From Saccharofermentanales bacterium (GTDB lineage Bacteria > Bacillota > Clostridia > Saccharofermentanales > DTU023), in NCBI GenBank assembly GCA_050945495.1, contig JBMNTA010000006.1, positions 16,178 to 80,177 of the forward strand: DNA of 64,000 nucleotides, written 5' to 3'. Within the stretch, counting starts at the first letter, position 1. Each line of letters starts with the position of its first letter. The notes under the pieces were generated by a model. It did no database searches. It was given only the letters and a program-made list of their open reading frames with translations, and was not told where the DNA came from. The position numbers and the translations under genes were made by a program. Below, in pieces: positions 26,941 through 35,381 of the stretch.

Positions 26941-28563
26941 TTAGCCGTTGCGACCCGACGATCCCGTGCCGGCGTTGTTGTCGCGGCGCGGCATGCCCCC
27001 GCGCATGGCGTCGAACAGCGATTTATCGTTCATCGAAACGTTGATCGATGCGATGAATTGGTCGTTGTCGCGTGTCTTCATCAGCAAATTGAGCATCGTC
27101 TCGGTGACGGCCGCCGTCTCCAATTGCGCAAAGGTCTTGCGCAGGATCCACACGGCGTCCAGCTCGCGGTCGGACAAGAGCAGTTCTTCGCGTCGCGTCC
27201 CCGAACGGTTGATGTCGATCGCGGGATAAATGCGTTTGTCGGCCAGTTTGCGGTCGAGGATGACCTCCATGTTGCCCGTGCCTTTGAACTCTTCAAAGAT
27301 GACCTCGTCCATGCGCGACCCGGTCTCGATCAAGGCCGTCGCGACGATGGTGAGACTGCCGCCGTTCTCGATGTTGCGCGCGGCACCGAAGAAGCGCTTC
27401 GGCCCGTAGAGCGCGCCGGGATCCAACCCGCCGGACAGCGTTCGGCCCGTGGGATTGATCGTCAAGTTGTACGCCCGCCCCATGCGCGTGATGCTGTCCA
27501 ACAACACGACGACGTCGTGGCCCAATTCGACCAGACGCATCGCGCGTTCCAGCACCAATTCCGTGATGCGCACGTGATTTTCGGGCGTCTTGTCAAACGT
27601 GGAGTAGACGACTTCGCCGTCGATCGACCGCTGCATGTCGGTCACTTCCTCGGGGCGCTCGTCAATCAACAAGACAATCAGTTTGGCGTCCGGGTTGTTT
27701 TGCGTGATCGCGTTCGCAATCTTTTGCAACAAGATCGTCTTGCCGGCTTTCGGCGGCGACACGATCATGCCGCGCTGCCCTTTGCCGATGGGGCAAATCA
27801 GATCGATCACACGGGTGGAGAGCTCTTCGCGATTGGTCTCCAACGTGTAACGTTCCCGCGGATAAATCGGCGTCAAGCGATCGAAATGCGGACGACGCGT
27901 CATCTTGTCCGGGGGCAGCTCGTTGACCTCGCGGATGTAGTAGAGCGCCTTGTAGCGGTCGTTGTCGCGCTGCTGGCGCACGGGTCCCGTGACGAGGTCG
28001 CCCGTTCGCAAATTAAAGCGGCGGATGTACTGCGGCGGCACGTAGATGTCGCGGTTGCTCTGAATGTAGTTTTCCACGCGGAGAAATCCGTACCCTTCGG
28101 GCATGACTTCCAGGACACCGGTCGCAATCTCCTGATCCTTGTCTTTGTCCTTGTCTTTGTCCGAATCTCTTTTATCTTTGTCTTTTTTGTCTTTTTTGTC
28201 CGAAGATTCGTCGTCGGCGTCGCGTTCGGACGCGTCGTCGCCGCCGGAAATCACTTTCACCGTTTTACGTGGTGTTTTTGACTTCTTTTTGGCGGATGAA
28301 GCATTGAATTTCGCTTTGGATTTGGGTGGGTTTTCTTCCGCGTCGTCCTCGTTTTTCTCGGACGCTTTCGACGCCTCTTGCGCGTCGTCGTCGCCCGATG
28401 CCGCATCGTTTTCGGGGATCTGACCGTCTTCGACGCTCATCAAATAATCAAGCAACTCCTGCTTCGTCATGCGTCGCGTCTCCGTCGGGGTTAAGAGTCC
28501 GGAAATGTGGGCAATGGCGGCGAGATCTTTCTTCGTCTTTCCACGAAGATTCGGTTGTGCCAT
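26941..28563 (-). CDS. rho: transcription termination factor Rho with ~100-aa charged low-complexity insertion
   Basis: CSD-like RNA-binding domain ([14 protein letters not shown]), P-loop PPKAGKT, Q/R loops. Start trimmed from 28650 to MAQPNL (ATG 28563; GAGGAG upstream). Confidence 0.92.
   Translation of the reverse strand: MAQPNLRGKTKKDLAAIAHISGLLTPTETRRMTKQELLDYLMSVEDGQIPENDAASGDDDAQEASKASEKNEDDAEENPPKSKAKFNASSAKKKSKTPRKTVKVISGGDDASERDADDESSDKKDKKDKDKRDSDKDKDKDKDQEIATGVLEVMPEGYGFLRVENYIQSNRDIYVPPQYIRRFNLRTGDLVTGPVRQQRDNDRYKALYYIREVNELPPDKMTRRPHFDRLTPIYPRERYTLETNREELSTRVIDLICPIGKGQRGMIVSPPKAGKTILLQKIANAITQNNPDAKLIVLLIDERPEEVTDMQRSIDGEVVYSTFDKTPENHVRITELVLERAMRLVELGHDVVVLLDSITRMGRAYNLTINPTGRTLSGGLDPGALYGPKRFFGAARNIENGGSLTIVATALIETGSRMDEVIFEEFKGTGNMEVILDRKLADKRIYPAIDINRSGTRREELLLSDRELDAVWILRKTFAQLETAAVTETMLNLLMKTRDNDQFIASINVSMNDKSLFDAMRGGMPRRDNNAGTGSSGRNG
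28132..28431 (-). repeat. low-complexity Asp/Glu/Lys/Ser-coding insertion in rho
   Basis: Encodes ...[27 protein letters not shown]...[24 protein letters not shown]. Plus strand shows reiterated cttgtctttgtc units at 28139-28200. Confidence 0.8.
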
Positions 28564-28736
28564 ACAAGCTCCTCTGTCTGCTGTTGAGCAATGCCTCATC
28601 AAGAGGCCGTCATGAATATGTGGATGGGGGTGATGCGGTGGTTTCGACAAGCACGCCGATCACAATCGTCTCCCTCAGTACCCTAAAGGTATCCCAATGA
28701 CATCTGAATAATCGTGCTCTCGGGGGATTCGTCGAA

Positions 28737-28765
28737 AGTATAAGTCAAACGCAGAAACTCGTCAA
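28737..28765 (-). promoter_or_regulatory. sigma-A promoter TTGACG-17 nt-TATACT for rho (long leader)
   Basis: Minus strand TTGACG (28765-28760) and TATACT (28742-28737). Leaves a ~170-nt 5' UTR before the rho ATG. Confidence 0.55.
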
Positions 28766-28769
28766 CCGC

Positions 28770-29780
28770 CTACAGGATGGCAATGTCGGCCATGTCACGC
28801 ATCATTTTGAGCGACGCGCCCGTACCGATGGCCACGCACGACACGGGGTCTTCGGCGACGATGACTTCGATCCCGATGCGGGTCGCAAGCATGCGATCCA
28901 GCCCGTACAAAAGCGAGCCGCCCCCCGTCATGACGATGCCTCGCTGGCTCAAATCGGCCATCAATTCCGGCGGTGTCTGCTCCAGGACGGAGTGCACCGC
29001 TTCGAAAATTTGGAACACGGGTTCTTCCAGCGCTTCGAGCATCTCGGCCCACGTGACGGTCAAAATGGCGGGCATGCCCGTGAGCAGATCGCGACCGCGC
29101 ACTTCCATCGTCATCTCTTCTTCGCGCGGGTACGCGCAGCCGATGTTGACCTTTAACTCTTGTGCCGTCTTTTCGCCGATCAAGACATTGTGCTGGCGGC
29201 GAATGTAGCGAATGATCGCCTCGTCGAATTTATCGCCGGCCACCTTGATCGAGGTGTCGACGACCGGACGACACAGCGAAATCACGGCGATGTCGGTCGT
29301 CCCGCCGCCGATGTCGATGACCATCGACCCGGAGGCCTGCGTGATGTCGATCCCCGCGCCCATGGCGGCGGCGATCGGTTCACGGATCAGGTACACTTCC
29401 TTGGCGCCGGCATGGCGGCACGCATCTTCAACCGCCTTTTGCTCGACGGGCGTGATGATGCCGGGCACCGAAACGACGATCGTCGGCTTGAAGAAGCGCG
29501 ACAAAAAGCCGTCGTTGACTTGGCCGATGAATTCCTTCAACATGATTTCGGTCACTTGGAAATCGGAAATTACGCCTTCGCGCAAAGGGCGCACGGCTTC
29601 GACGATATCGGGCGTTCGGCCGAGCATGAGACTTGCCAATTCCCCGACCGCCAACACGCGATCGGTGCGTTTGTTGACCGCGACCACCGAAGGTTCGCGC
29701 AACACGACGCCCTTGCCCTCAACATAAATGAGGACGGTCGCCGTCCCTAAGTCAATGCCGATGTTAAGCCCTAATCCCAT
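28770..29780 (-). CDS. mreB: rod-shape-determining actin homolog MreB/Mbl
   Basis: IGIDLGTATVLIY phosphate-1 motif, DIGGGTTDIAV, GIVMTGGGSLL. 336 aa. Confidence 0.92.
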   Translation of the reverse strand: MGLGLNIGIDLGTATVLIYVEGKGVVLREPSVVAVNKRTDRVLAVGELASLMLGRTPDIVEAVRPLREGVISDFQVTEIMLKEFIGQVNDGFLSRFFKPTIVVSVPGIITPVEQKAVEDACRHAGAKEVYLIREPIAAAMGAGIDITQASGSMVIDIGGGTTDIAVISLCRPVVDTSIKVAGDKFDEAIIRYIRRQHNVLIGEKTAQELKVNIGCAYPREEEMTMEVRGRDLLTGMPAILTVTWAEMLEALEEPVFQIFEAVHSVLEQTPPELMADLSQRGIVMTGGGSLLYGLDRMLATRIGIEVIVAEDPVSCVAIGTGASLKMMRDMADIAIL

Positions 29781-29834
29781 AGTATTTTATGTTTCACCGT
29801 TTCCTTGATTTCATTGTTCGATCAATCGGGGTCA

Positions 29835-29843
29835 TGATACAAT
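29835..29843 (+). promoter_or_regulatory. extended -10 promoter element (TGATACAAT)
   Basis: TG-A-TACAAT, 32 nt upstream of the TTG start of the TraX-like gene. Weak -35 (TTGTTC at 18 nt). Confidence 0.4.
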
Positions 29844-29874
29844 AGTTCGCGAACGGGGGCAAGGAATTTTCCGC

Positions 29875-30819
29875 TTGAGCGAGGCGGAAGCGCATCGCTT
29901 CCGACGCGAACGTCGCCCACGCTTTTTCCCCGACGGGACGAGGTTTTTCGTGGTTAAAATCACCGGATACGGCTTGACAATCTTCTATCTCATCGGCGTC
30001 TTTTTCCCCGCCGGCATGTCCGCCGCCGTCGTCCTGATCTCGCAGTTGGCGGGCCACGTCGCCTTCGCGCTTTTCGCGCTGCTGCTCGCGCGCGGCGCGC
30101 GACGCACCACGAATCATTTTCTTTATTTTGCCCGTCTGCTCGTCATCGCCGTCGTCGTCGAAGGGATCGAAGCGTTCGCGACGGCCAAACTCGACGTCTA
30201 TTTCCCCGAGCGCAACGCCGTCTTCACCTATGCGGCGGGGCTGGCTCTCATTGCGGGCATTTCCATGACGATCGGCTGTTACCGAGATTTGGTCGCCCAC
30301 GCGGTGCCGGCCGGCGGCGAGATGGACCGCAACGTTTTGTTTGGCGTGCCGGTCAATCCCGGCCAATACAAAATCGCCCCGGGCACCGGCCTGATCATCG
30401 GCTTGGCCACCGCGGGACTCGCCGTGTTCGTGACATTGTTTTTTCATTTCGCCTACGGCCTCTATGGGTTGTTGACGATCCTGCTTTTGTTCATCGCGCT
30501 GCGCGACGACGGACGCCACGCGTCTCGCCACATGCGCAAGACGCTCTACCGGGGTCGCCTCCCCTTCTCGCGCGCGCTGTGTTACACCGTCGCGCTCAAT
30601 TTGGTCGCGCTCATTCTGGCCTGGCTCATCCGACCGCTTCGCACCGTCTTCCCGACCACGTATGTGGCGACCCTGCTGGCGCATCCGCTGGCCGCCGGGA
30701 TCCCCGAGCCCGCCACCGCGCCGAACGGCGGGCGCCGCTGGCTCACGTGGACGGCGTACCCCCTGATGATGGTCGTCTTGACCCTGATCCGCGCGATCGC
30801 GTACGGACGCCCCCTCTGA
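29875..30819 (+). CDS. polytopic membrane protein, possibly TraX family
   Basis: 314 aa, ~8 TM. HVAFALFALLLARGARRTTNHFLYFARLLVIAVVVEG resembles the TraX core (RxAFPxFAFLxxEGxxHTxNxxKYxxRL). TTG start; assignment tentative. Confidence 0.45.
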   Translation: MSEAEAHRFRRERRPRFFPDGTRFFVVKITGYGLTIFYLIGVFFPAGMSAAVVLISQLAGHVAFALFALLLARGARRTTNHFLYFARLLVIAVVVEGIEAFATAKLDVYFPERNAVFTYAAGLALIAGISMTIGCYRDLVAHAVPAGGEMDRNVLFGVPVNPGQYKIAPGTGLIIGLATAGLAVFVTLFFHFAYGLYGLLTILLLFIALRDDGRHASRHMRKTLYRGRLPFSRALCYTVALNLVALILAWLIRPLRTVFPTTYVATLLAHPLAAGIPEPATAPNGGRRWLTWTAYPLMMVVLTLIRAIAYGRPL

Positions 30820-30826
30820 AACTCGC

Positions 30827-30861
30827 AAAAAGCCCCCGTCACGGCGGACCGTGTCGGGGGC
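30827..30861. terminator. bidirectional hairpin terminator between the TraX-like gene and tRNA-Ser
   Basis: GCCCCCG-T-CACGG-CGGA-CCGTG-T-CGGGGGC. A5 precedes it on the plus strand, giving U5 after the stem for the minus-strand tRNA transcript. CTTCATC follows on the plus strand. Confidence 0.65.
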
Positions 30862-30883
30862 TTCATCGTGCCCCGATCGGGCT

Positions 30884-30975
30884 TGGCGGAGGGCAAGGGA
30901 TTTGAACCCTCGATACCCTTGTGGGGTACACGCGATTTCCAGTCGCGCTCCTTCAGCCAGCTCGGACAACCCTCC
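30884..30975 (-). tRNA. tRNA-Ser (anticodon GGA), type II, encoded CCA
   Basis: Minus strand GGAGGGT...CGCGA-CTGGAAA-TCGCG...long variable arm...GGTTCAAATCC...GCCCTCC-G-CCA. Confidence 0.9.
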
Positions 30976-31054
30976 ATGCGCATGCGTTTCCTCGATCGCG
31001 ATCGAACGAAACGGCCTTGTCGCACGCTTTTGGCGCCCGGACGGAGCAATGGGA

Positions 31055-31083
31055 ATTGTAGCATGGGCGAAACAGGCTGTCAA
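31055..31083 (-). promoter_or_regulatory. near-consensus sigma-A promoter TTGACA-17 nt-TACAAT for tRNA-Ser
   Basis: Minus strand TTGACA (31083-31078), 17-nt spacer, TACAAT (31060-31055). About 70-nt leader before the mature tRNA 5' end. Confidence 0.7.
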
Positions 31084-31140
31084 CGCAACAGACCCGAGGC
31101 ACCACTCTCGGGTCTGTCCAATCAATTGGAGGAGAAAAGT

Positions 31141-31218
31141 ATGAAATCAGGGGTTCGCATACCTGACAGCATTTGTATTTTAACAGCCACTCATTGCGAA
31201 CTTAATAATCGTTTGTGA
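31141..31218 (+). CDS. candidate 25-aa small protein (MKSGVRIPDSICILTATHCELNNRL)
   Basis: ATG 31141 lies 6 nt after a strong SD, GGAGGAG (31128-31134). Located in an AT-rich island. No homology evidence. Confidence 0.2.
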   Translation: MKSGVRIPDSICILTATHCELNNRL

Positions 31219-31255
31219 ACAAACAAAAAACAAATAAGTCCGTTGCATTGCAATG

Positions 31256-31279
31256 AAAAAGGCCCGCACCGGGCGGGCC
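31256..31279 (-). terminator. rho-independent terminator after the zinc-ribbon membrane protein gene
   Basis: GGCCCGC-ACCGG-GCGGGCC, followed on the minus strand by TTTTTCATTG. Confidence 0.75.
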
Positions 31280-31299
31280 TCGATCAATTCGAAAAAACA

Positions 31300-32016
31300 T
31301 CAGGGCAATCGCTTCAAAGAGTCCTCCGTCAAGGCGTCGGCGTTCGCGGGCTGATGGATCAAATAACCGCCCATCGGCGTGGCCACGCGGAACGTGATGT
31401 TGCCGCGCGTGTTGGCAAACGTCGGGTCTTTGATCTCCAAGACATCGGCGCGAATGTCGCAGAACGCCTCAAAGAGTTCGATCGCTTTCGCGCGATCCAC
31501 CGGTTGCTTCAACACCACCGCCGCATGGGTGCTGTTGAGCTCCTGAATCAAGACATCTTGCTCCAGATCGTCCGGCAAATACTCGATGAGTTGCTCGGCG
31601 ATCTCGGCCTGTTGCGCGTTGCGTTTTTTCACGAGCGGAATCGAGACGGCGCAGAAAACGCCGATCACCACCGCGATCACCACGAATATCGAGACCAGCG
31701 ATTTCCACGAGATCTTCAACGCCGGAATTTTCTTTTCGGGCACGACGTAATCGGGTTTGCGTTTTTTGCGGGATGACTGCCCCCCGCGTTCGACGAACAC
31801 GGGTCCGTGCGCCATGGCGGCCGGGGTCAGCGGCGGCCCCTCGTATTTCGGTTGCTCGACGTTCGGAAATTCGAATTCCTCCGGGTGCGCGCTCGCACGG
31901 AACGCCTCCTCGTTGTCGAACAAGCAATCGCAAAACATGCAGTGCCCCTTGGGCATGTCGGGATCCAAAAACAAAACGGATCCGCAATTGATGCAACGTC
32001 CTTCTTTAAGTGTCAT
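31300..32016 (-). CDS. zinc-ribbon / single-TM protein of unknown function
   Basis: 238 aa. N-terminal CINC-x17-CMFC (two CxxC pairs), basic linker, one TM (LVSIFVVIAVVIGVFCAVSIPLV), and a ~100-aa C-terminal domain. Confidence 0.6.
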   Translation of the reverse strand: MTLKEGRCINCGSVLFLDPDMPKGHCMFCDCLFDNEEAFRASAHPEEFEFPNVEQPKYEGPPLTPAAMAHGPVFVERGGQSSRKKRKPDYVVPEKKIPALKISWKSLVSIFVVIAVVIGVFCAVSIPLVKKRNAQQAEIAEQLIEYLPDDLEQDVLIQELNSTHAAVVLKQPVDRAKAIELFEAFCDIRADVLEIKDPTFANTRGNITFRVATPMGGYLIHQPANADALTEDSLKRLP

Positions 32017-32111
32017 GCAAGATTCTCAACTCTCTGTCCGTGGTGACGGCCGCAAACGGCCATCTAGTATATTAACACACATGTTGCGGGATGACTCGCC
32101 CCGTTTGCGAC

Positions 32112-32120
32112 TGATATAGT
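32112..32120 (+). promoter_or_regulatory. extended -10 promoter element (TGATATAGT) upstream of tadA
   Basis: TG-A-TATAGT, about 50 nt upstream of the tadA ATG. Confidence 0.4.
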
Positions 32121-32169
32121 AAGGACAATGCCGACGCGGGACATCGTCGTCGGCTTGAATGAGGTCACC

Positions 32170-32649
32170 ATGGAATCGGATCCGTTGTCGTACATGCAGG
32201 AAGCCCTGCGGCTCGCCGAGGCGGCCGCCCGTGCCGGCGAAGCACCGATCGGCGCCGTGATCGTCCGTCACGGCGACATCATCGCGCGCGCACGCAACAC
32301 GCGCGAGAGCACGCAGGACGCCACCGGCCACGCCGAGATCGTCGCCATCCGCGAAGCTTCCCGCGTGCTGGGATCGTGGCGTCTCATCGACTGCGATCTC
32401 TTTGTCACGCTGGAGCCGTGCCTCATGTGCGCGGGCGCCATCATTCAGGCGCGGATCCGCCGCGTGTACTTCGGCGCCCACGATCCGAAATCGGGCATGG
32501 CGGGCTCCGTGTTTGACGCGTTCGCCCTCCCCGCCAACCACCGCGTGGAGGTCATCGGCGGCCTTTTGGAACAACCGTGCGGCGATCTTTTGCGCGATTT
32601 TTTTGCACGTCGCCGACGCAATTATGATAAGCTTGAGCATGAGGTTTAA
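32170..32649 (+). CDS. tadA: tRNA-specific adenosine(34) deaminase
   Basis: HAEIVAIREA and LEPCLMCAGAI zinc motifs. Start trimmed to MESDPLSYMQEAL (GAGG upstream), which matches the usual TadA N-terminus length. Confidence 0.9.
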   Translation: MESDPLSYMQEALRLAEAAARAGEAPIGAVIVRHGDIIARARNTRESTQDATGHAEIVAIREASRVLGSWRLIDCDLFVTLEPCLMCAGAIIQARIRRVYFGAHDPKSGMAGSVFDAFALPANHRVEVIGGLLEQPCGDLLRDFFARRRRNYDKLEHEV

Positions 32650-32681
32650 ATTTTAACGGAGTCATTTCATCCGATCCAAAC

Positions 32682-33383
32682 ATGTGTAAACGACGTAAAA
32701 AACCGACACAAATGCAAGAACGCGGCTGGCAAGGCCGGTTCCTTTTTCGGCTGGGCATGGGCCTCAGTCGATGGCTTTTGCGTCTGACCTACCTCGGTCG
32801 GGAGCACATCCCCGACGAGGGCCCCTACATCGCGGTCGCCAACCATCAATCGATGTTTGACGGCCTCTGGATCATGGGCGGCATCCCCGAAGCACAATTG
32901 GAGCGCTTTTCCTGCATGGCCGGCTCCGACTTGGAGCAAAACTACGGCATCACGGGCAGCATCATGTTTCGCGTCGGACGCGCCATCCCCATCGACCGAG
33001 AAGGCAACCCGTTGCGCGGCGTCATCATTGCCAAAAAAGCGCTGGAGCGCGGCGAGATCATCATGATTCACCCCGAGGGCACGCGCACGCACGACGGCCG
33101 CATGGCCGAGTTGAAGAACGGGGCCGCGTACCTCGCTTTCAAAACAAAAGCGCCGATCATCCCCGTCTACATCGACGGCGCCTACGAAATCTTTTCACGC
33201 TACATGGCGGTGCCCCATCCGATCGACTGGAAACATTTCCGACGCAAAGCGATGAGCGTTGAATTCTGCGAGCCGATCGATCCCGAAGCCTTTGAATCCC
33301 AGGAGGCGCTTCAGGACGCCATCGCCGACGTTCTGCACGCGAAGGAAGCCGAAGCCTTCCGCCGACGCGCCGCCGCATCTTAA
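32682..33383 (+). CDS. plsC: 1-acyl-sn-glycerol-3-phosphate acyltransferase
   Basis: VANHQSMFDG (HX4D box) and IHPEGTRTHDG motif. Confidence 0.85.
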   Translation: MCKRRKKPTQMQERGWQGRFLFRLGMGLSRWLLRLTYLGREHIPDEGPYIAVANHQSMFDGLWIMGGIPEAQLERFSCMAGSDLEQNYGITGSIMFRVGRAIPIDREGNPLRGVIIAKKALERGEIIMIHPEGTRTHDGRMAELKNGAAYLAFKTKAPIIPVYIDGAYEIFSRYMAVPHPIDWKHFRRKAMSVEFCEPIDPEAFESQEALQDAIADVLHAKEAEAFRRRAAAS

Positions 33384-34706
33384 TCATTCACCCTTTGCAT
33401 GGTCTCCGTCGGCCGATGCCATCCACGGCATCAACGGCCCGATTTTGGACGCCCGAATGCGCCCGGACATGACGATGCCGTCCGGTTCGTAGCGCTCTTT
33501 TGCCACCACGCCGAACGTCCGCGCATGATCGACCAGCCGTGCTTCGTCGTAAGGCAACTTCACAAAAAAGGCCGTGAGCGAACGCTCCACCGCCTCCCCC
33601 AGACGCGCGCTCAGCGCCTCGAGGCCGTCGCCCGTTTTCGCGGAGATTCGCACCACGTGATCGGCATGTTCATGGCGCAAGAGCATCATGACGTCGTGGA
33701 ACGCTTCCGCGGACACCCGATCCATTTTATTGAGCGCGTACAACACGGGAATCGCCCCGGCGCCGAGCGCATGGAGTTGATCTTGCACCACGCGAATATG
33801 CGACGCCGCCTCCGGATCGGAGACGTCGACCACCATCAAAATCAAGTCGGCCGCGGCCGCCTCTTCAAACGTCGCGCGGAATGCATCGTGCAAGAACCGG
33901 GGCAGGTCGCGGATGAAGCCCACCGTGTCCACGAGTACCAGTGACGGGCCGTCCGGCAATTCAAGGCGTCGCGCCGTCGGATCGAGCGTCATGAAGAGCC
34001 GATCCCCGACTTCGACATCGGCATCGCAGAGGCGATTGAGCAGCGTCGACTTGCCGGCGTTCGTGTAGCCGACGACGGCGACCGTGAACACATCGTGCGC
34101 GACGCGACGTTCCCGCGATCGCTCGCGTCGGGCTTCGACGCCGCGAAGCGATTGACGCAAACGGCCCATCCGCGTCCGAATGGCGCGCCGATCCTGCTCC
34201 AAACGCGTTTCGCCGGGACCGCGCGTGCCGATGCCGCCGCCCAGTCGCGACAGTTCCGCGCCACGCCCCGTCAATTGCGTCAAGCGATAGCGCCAGTAGG
34301 CGAGCTCCACCTGGATCTTGCCCTCGTCGGTACGCGCCCGATCGGCAAAAATCGCCAAGATCACGGCGACGCGATCGCTGATCTCGCGATCCACCGCGTC
34401 GGCGATCTGACGGGTCTGCGCCGGCGAGAGCGCACCGTCGAAGATCACGTGGTCGGCATCGAGTTCGTCGGCCAGCGCATTGATTTCCTCCAATTTCCCG
34501 GAACCGACAAACGTCGCACCGTCGACGCGATCCAAGCGCTGGACGACGCGGGCGACCGCCGTGAGGCCGCAGGACGTCGCCAAGTCTTCCAATTCATCGA
34601 GCGACCGCTCGACCGCGTCGGGCGCGCGCGTGCCCTCGTCCACGGCGACCAAAATGGCGCGCCGCGCCGCGTCGTTCTCCGGCACATGTCGATCGTTGTG
34701 ATGCAC
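33384..34706 (-). CDS. hflX: GTPase HflX
   Basis: HflX N-domain (IFDGALSPAQTRQI...), VAVVGYTNAGKSTL G1, DTVGFI G3, NKMD G4. GTG start. Confidence 0.9.
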   Translation of the reverse strand: MHHNDRHVPENDAARRAILVAVDEGTRAPDAVERSLDELEDLATSCGLTAVARVVQRLDRVDGATFVGSGKLEEINALADELDADHVIFDGALSPAQTRQIADAVDREISDRVAVILAIFADRARTDEGKIQVELAYWRYRLTQLTGRGAELSRLGGGIGTRGPGETRLEQDRRAIRTRMGRLRQSLRGVEARRERSRERRVAHDVFTVAVVGYTNAGKSTLLNRLCDADVEVGDRLFMTLDPTARRLELPDGPSLVLVDTVGFIRDLPRFLHDAFRATFEEAAAADLILMVVDVSDPEAASHIRVVQDQLHALGAGAIPVLYALNKMDRVSAEAFHDVMMLLRHEHADHVVRISAKTGDGLEALSARLGEAVERSLTAFFVKLPYDEARLVDHARTFGVVAKERYEPDGIVMSGRIRASKIGPLMPWMASADGDHAKGE

Positions 34707-34736
34707 AAACCCTGCCTTTCACGGAATAAACCCTGA

Positions 34737-34755
34737 ATTTTGATGTCATCAAAAT
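34737..34755. promoter_or_regulatory. perfect 19-bp palindrome ATTTTGATG-T-CATCAAAAT (candidate operator)
   Basis: Read directly. Lies in the 114-nt divergent gap between hflX and the XRE-type gene, 66 nt upstream of the latter's ATG. Confidence 0.5.
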
Positions 34756-34820
34756 CCGTCATCATTAACGTATGTTATTATATTTAGCCCTCCAACACTT
34801 TCCGTCATGAGGAGGCGGCC

Positions 34821-35381
34821 ATGCTCGATTGCCACGACGACACCTCACAACCGCGCGCCGCCGTCTGCGCCTTTCGGCCTCAACCGAGCCGTGAACGCAT
34901 CGGTCGTTTGACGTGCAAACATCCCGAACGCTGCGCCGTCTGCGATCGATCGGAAATATGGATCGGCTACGTTTTGCGCCAAGAGCGACGTCGCCGCGAA
35001 CGCACGCAGCTGTCCATCGCCGATCGGCTGGGATTTGGGATGAGCGCCGTATCGCTGATCGAACGCGGCCACGCCTATGCCAATTTCAATCGCACGTTGA
35101 TGGTCTTTCACGAACTCGGGCTGGAAGCTTCGACCTGGCTGGCGGCCATCAGCGCGCTGACGGCGCTTCACGGCTGCCTTCTGAACTCGAATCAAACGCT
35201 GGAAGCAACGATCGCGTCGCTTCGTCCAGATGGGTCTCCACCAAGCTTCGAATGTCTTCCGCGCGTGTCGGAAATGTCCGCCGACAGGCGCGATCAAGGG
35301 CTCGGATCATCGAGGTTCGTTCCGGCACATCGGAGAGCATCGCCAGGAGCGGAATCATCGACAAATACGTATCCCGGATGA
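34821..35381 (+). CDS. XRE-family helix-turn-helix regulator with Cys/His-rich N-terminus
   Basis: ATG 34821 with GAGGAGG 5 nt upstream. HTH segment IGYVLRQERRRRERTQLSIADRLGFGMSAVSLIERG. Upstream motif CKHPERCAVC. The last ~233 nt overlap a convergent ORF, so the C-terminus is uncertain. Confidence 0.6.
   Translation: MLDCHDDTSQPRAAVCAFRPQPSRERIGRLTCKHPERCAVCDRSEIWIGYVLRQERRRRERTQLSIADRLGFGMSAVSLIERGHAYANFNRTLMVFHELGLEASTWLAAISALTALHGCLLNSNQTLEATIASLRPDGSPPSFECLPRVSEMSADRRDQGLGSSRFVPAHRRASPGAESSTNTYPG

Noticed and set aside
29794-31125. 443-aa minus-strand ORF
   Set aside because: It runs straight through tRNA-Ser (30884-30975) and its terminator, and is antisense to the TraX-like membrane protein. 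Low-complexity R/G/D-rich translation.
32650-32681. Search for an SRP/4.5S RNA or other ncRNA next to tadA (as in the Bacillus tadA-scr-dnaX arrangement)
   Set aside because: Only about 30 nt separate tadA from plsC, and no SRP domain IV motif was seen there or in the tRNA-Ser leader.
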